From an uncultured Gemmatimonadales bacterium (GTDB lineage Bacteria; Gemmatimonadota; Gemmatimonadetes; Gemmatimonadales; Gemmatimonadaceae): a stretch of DNA of 49,399 bases. The translations under genes were made by a program, and so were the position numbers. The notes under the pieces were generated by a model. That model saw only the letters and a program-made list of their open reading frames with translations, was not told where the DNA came from and did no database searches. The DNA lies in contig CAWKMU010000002.1 in the NCBI GenBank assembly GCA_963850905.1, forward strand, positions 1 through 49,399, written 5' to 3'. Within the stretch, counting starts at the first letter, position 1, and every line of letters begins with the position of its first letter. Positions 46,373 to 49,399 of the stretch are shown piece by piece.

Positions 46373-48153
46373 GACGCCTCCGAGGACACTCGATCAGGCA
46401 CCGAGCCGGCGGACCGTGCCGTCTCCACAATGGCGATGAAGGCATCCTCCATGCTCGCGTGGTGCCCCAGCGCCGTGCGCGCGCGACCACGGATTTCCGC
46501 CGGCGTCCCATCCGCCAGCACGCGACCGGCATCCATCACCGCGATCCGGTCGCAGTACTCGGCCTCTTCCATGAAGTGCGTCGTGACGATCGCGGTGACG
46601 CCCGCCGCCGACAGCATGGTGATACGTCGCCAAAAATCCCGTCGCGCGTGCGGGTCAGCACCGCTCGTCGGCTCGTCGAGGAACAACATCTCGGGCTCGT
46701 GGAGGAGAGCTGCGGCCATCGCGAGGCGTTGTCGAAACCCTCCCGGGAGCCGTCCACTCGGCAGGTTGGCGAGCGATTCGAGATCGAACTGATCGAGCGC
46801 CCAACGTACACGATCGTTTCTCTTGTCGCCTCGAAGGCCGTAAGCCCCGGCAAAAAACTCGAGATTCTCGGTCACCGAGAGTTGCCCGTAGAGCGAGAAT
46901 TTCTGCGCCACGTATCCGATCCGGCGACGGGCCGACGCCCGACCTCGACGCACGTCGGCGCCGGCGACACGGAGTGTTCCCGCCGTCGCCGGCAACAGCC
47001 CGCAGAGCATGCGAAAAGTCGTCGTCTTTCCCGCGCCATTCGGTCCCAACAGACCGAAGATCTCGCCGCGACGCACACTGAAGCTGATGTGGTCGACGGC
47101 CGTAAACGCGCCGAACTGGCGGACCAGATCACGCACCTCGACAGCAATATCGGTTGTACCGCGCCAGGTCGATTGCTCGACCGGCGCAATGGACTGAGGT
47201 TGGTCGGGTCCTCTCGCGCCGCGCAGGAGGATCATGAAGCCATCTTCGAAATGCGGCGCGGTGGCAGTCATCGCCGCGCGGGGAACCGGCGCGCTGCCTT
47301 TCTCGGACTCCACGCGGTCAAACACAACACGGACCTGACCGCCCTCGGGCACCGCGTCGATCACCGTCGGGTCGGCAAGAAGATGTGCCTGCAGGTCACG
47401 AGCCTTTGTCCCCGATGGCGGCTCCGCCAGATACACGCGCCCGTCGGCCAGCTCGCTCACTTCGCGTGGCGCACCGTGCGCCAGGACGCGGCCCTCGTGC
47501 ATCACGACGACGTGACTGCATCGATGTGCCTCGTCGAGGTAGGATGTGCTTAGGAGGACCGTCAGACGTTCGTCTCCTACGAGGTGGAGCAGAATCTGCC
47601 AGAGCTCGCGCCGTGACAGTGGATCCACGCCGACCGTTGGCTCGTCGAGCAGCAAGAGCTCGGGTGTACGAATTAGCGTGCACGCGAGGCCGAGCTTCTG
47701 CTTCATCCCCCCGGACAAGTGGCCGGCCAAACGACGTGTAAACGGGCCAAGGGCCGTCATGTCCATGAGATACGGATATCGGGCACGTCGCTCCTCGTTC
47801 GGGACGCCGCCCAAATCAGCGTACAAGTCGAGGTTTTCCTGCACTGTGAGGTCTTCGTACAAGCCAAAGCGTTGGGGCATATACGCGATGCGCGACTGTA
47901 CCGCTTGCGGGTTGTTGGCGACGTCCAGATCCAGCACCCGGAGCTGACCCGCGTCTGAGGTCATTAAGCCTGCGGCCAGGCGGAGCAGCGTGGTCTTCCC
48001 CGCGCCGTCGGGTCCCACGAGAGCGGCCAACGCGCCCGGGGCAATCTCGAGCGAAACGCCGTCCAGCGCGTGAACGATCTCGCCCTTCTCTCGCACGAAT
48101 TGCTTCTTGATGTCACGGGCCCAGAGCACGGGCTCCGGTGGCAAGGCCGTCAC
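46369..48153 (-). CDS. ABC transporter ATPase with two nucleotide-binding domains (YbhF-like)
   Basis: GPDGAGKTT / LSGGMKQK / LLLDEPT and GPNGAGKTT / LPGGFRQR / FLDEPT. Confidence 0.95.
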   Translation of the reverse strand: MTALPPEPVLWARDIKKQFVREKGEIVHALDGVSLEIAPGALAALVGPDGAGKTTLLRLAAGLMTSDAGQLRVLDLDVANNPQAVQSRIAYMPQRFGLYEDLTVQENLDLYADLGGVPNEERRARYPYLMDMTALGPFTRRLAGHLSGGMKQKLGLACTLIRTPELLLLDEPTVGVDPLSRRELWQILLHLVGDERLTVLLSTSYLDEAHRCSHVVVMHEGRVLAHGAPREVSELADGRVYLAEPPSGTKARDLQAHLLADPTVIDAVPEGGQVRVVFDRVESEKGSAPVPRAAMTATAPHFEDGFMILLRGARGPDQPQSIAPVEQSTWRGTTDIAVEVRDLVRQFGAFTAVDHISFSVRRGEIFGLLGPNGAGKTTTFRMLCGLLPATAGTLRVAGADVRRGRASARRRIGYVAQKFSLYGQLSVTENLEFFAGAYGLRGDKRNDRVRWALDQFDLESLANLPSGRLPGGFRQRLAMAAALLHEPEMLFLDEPTSGADPHARRDFWRRITMLSAAGVTAIVTTHFMEEAEYCDRIAVMDAGRVLADGTPAEIRGRARTALGHHASMEDAFIAIVETARSAGSVPDRVSSEAS

Positions 48154-49215
48154 GGACGAGACGACGGCGCCGGCTCCGGGATCGCCGGTACGGTGAGCGA
48201 GCGGCCCGTGTCATGCTCCGGGATGGTGGCCTCAGTCGACACGCTGACCGTAGCAGGCATTCCAAGGCGAAGCACATCGGCCGTGTCTCGCACGAAGACA
48301 CGCACCTCGTAGACTAGGCTCGGGCGGAGTGCCTCGGTTTGGACTTCCTTGGGCGTGAACTCGGCGACAGACGAGATGAACCCCACCCATCCGGGGAAGC
48401 GCTGCCGTGGAAAAGCATCGACGGTGATGAATGCTTGGGCACCCGGGTGGACTTTGCCGAGATCGGGCTCGGACACATACGTGCGCACCCACTTTGGGTC
48501 GGTAATGGCCAACGAGAATGACGGGCTTGTCCGGAGAGGCCATCTCGCCTGGCTCCATCAGGCGCGCTTGCACGACTCCGTTCGATGGCGCCAGGAGCAC
48601 AGCGTCGGCCACATGTTGTCGCAGGAGCGCAAGCTGCGCCTCGTCGGCACGGAGTTGATTTTCGGCCTGGGCAACGTCTTCGCTGCGGGGGCCCACCCGT
48701 TCAAGCTCGTATGCTTTTTCGCTGACGGCGAGCTTCGCTTGTGCGACGTCCATGGCGTCTTTGGCGTTGTCCACATCCTGTTCACTCACGATGTGGTTCG
48801 CGGCCAATGAACGAAGTCGCTCGTAGTGGTCGCGGGCCGTCTCCGCATCTGCCCGCGCTGACTCGACAGTCGCCTGGGCCTCCGCGACTTCCTCAGGGCG
48901 ATTCCCGTGGTGGAACCGGTCCACGGCATCGCGTTGAGCAGCCGTCAACGCCGCCGCTTGTGCCGCCTGTGGCGCGAGCCGCGCCGTATCCAGCCTGGCG
49001 ATGACCTGGCCTGCACGGACACGATCTCCCTCTTGCACGAGGACGGCGACGAGGCGTTCAGTTTCGTTGAAAGGCAGATCCACTTCCCGGAGGTCGATGT
49101 TGCCGTGCAGGATCAGCTCCGTGTCGGGTACGGGGCGGTCTGTGCGTTGCCATGCAAAGACAATCACTGCAGCCAGCGCGACCAGCAGTCCAACCGCGAT
49201 CACCCACCGCCGCAT
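48150..49215 (-). pseudogene. HlyD-family membrane fusion protein (YbhG-like) interrupted by a one-base frameshift
   Basis: LHGNIDLREV...VQEGDRV...APSNGVV...EPGE in one frame; AITDPKWVRTYVSE...AEFTPK.VQT...LRLGMP in another; deleting one base near 48519 restores PVFSLAIT and gives 354 aa; may be a sequencing error. Confidence 0.85.
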
Positions 49216-49399
49216 TCCACCCCCGGGGACGACGACCAGTTCACCCGTGCCCGCCGATCACGTTCGCAAGGCGGCCTTCGAGAAAATAAGGCCGTTCAAG
49301 GGGCCTCTGGCATGGAGCCAAGCGGGCGCCGTCACAAGACGGCCACTCGCGGGCTCAAGAGACCGGGTGCACCTTCGGGATTCATGATTCATCATATAG

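Noticed and set aside
1..49399. CRISPR arrays, tRNA/rRNA genes, IS elements, prophage genes
   Set aside because: No regularly spaced repeats, RNA-gene signatures or transposase/integrase/phage motifs recognised

Overview
GC-rich bacterial window with no rRNA, tRNA, CRISPR array or transposase recognised. A Gemmatimonadota-like origin is only my impression from the gene set. The left ~14.7 kb is a patchwork of stress/low-oxygen-type accessory genes: erythromycin-esterase-family protein, a stand-alone pgk, a BON protein, two USPs, DUF4242, TetR, TauE and PAS-GGDEF. The core (14.8-42.6 kb) is a large energy-conservation island. On the minus strand are a ccmE(CxxxY)-ccmF pair and a complete group 1 membrane-bound [NiFe] uptake hydrogenase operon (S, L, cytochrome b, protease, hypABFCDE, then a crotonase-fold gene). 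Transcribed divergently on the plus strand is a putative porin-cytochrome electron conduit: a 9-heme lipoprotein, a 20-heme NapC/NirT-anchored cytochrome, a beta-barrel-like protein and a 16-heme cytochrome. It is followed by a di-cupredoxin lipoprotein, a Rieske/cytochrome b-c complex, a monoheme cytochrome c and maeB. A YbhGFSR-type ABC exporter ends the window. The most notable signals are this candidate H2-linked extracellular electron transfer system, a HypA lacking its zinc finger, a recurrent intergenic GTCRGG-N5-CCYGAC palindrome, an inverted paralogous gene fragment and two single-base frameshifts. All calls are motif-based by eye; no database search was run.
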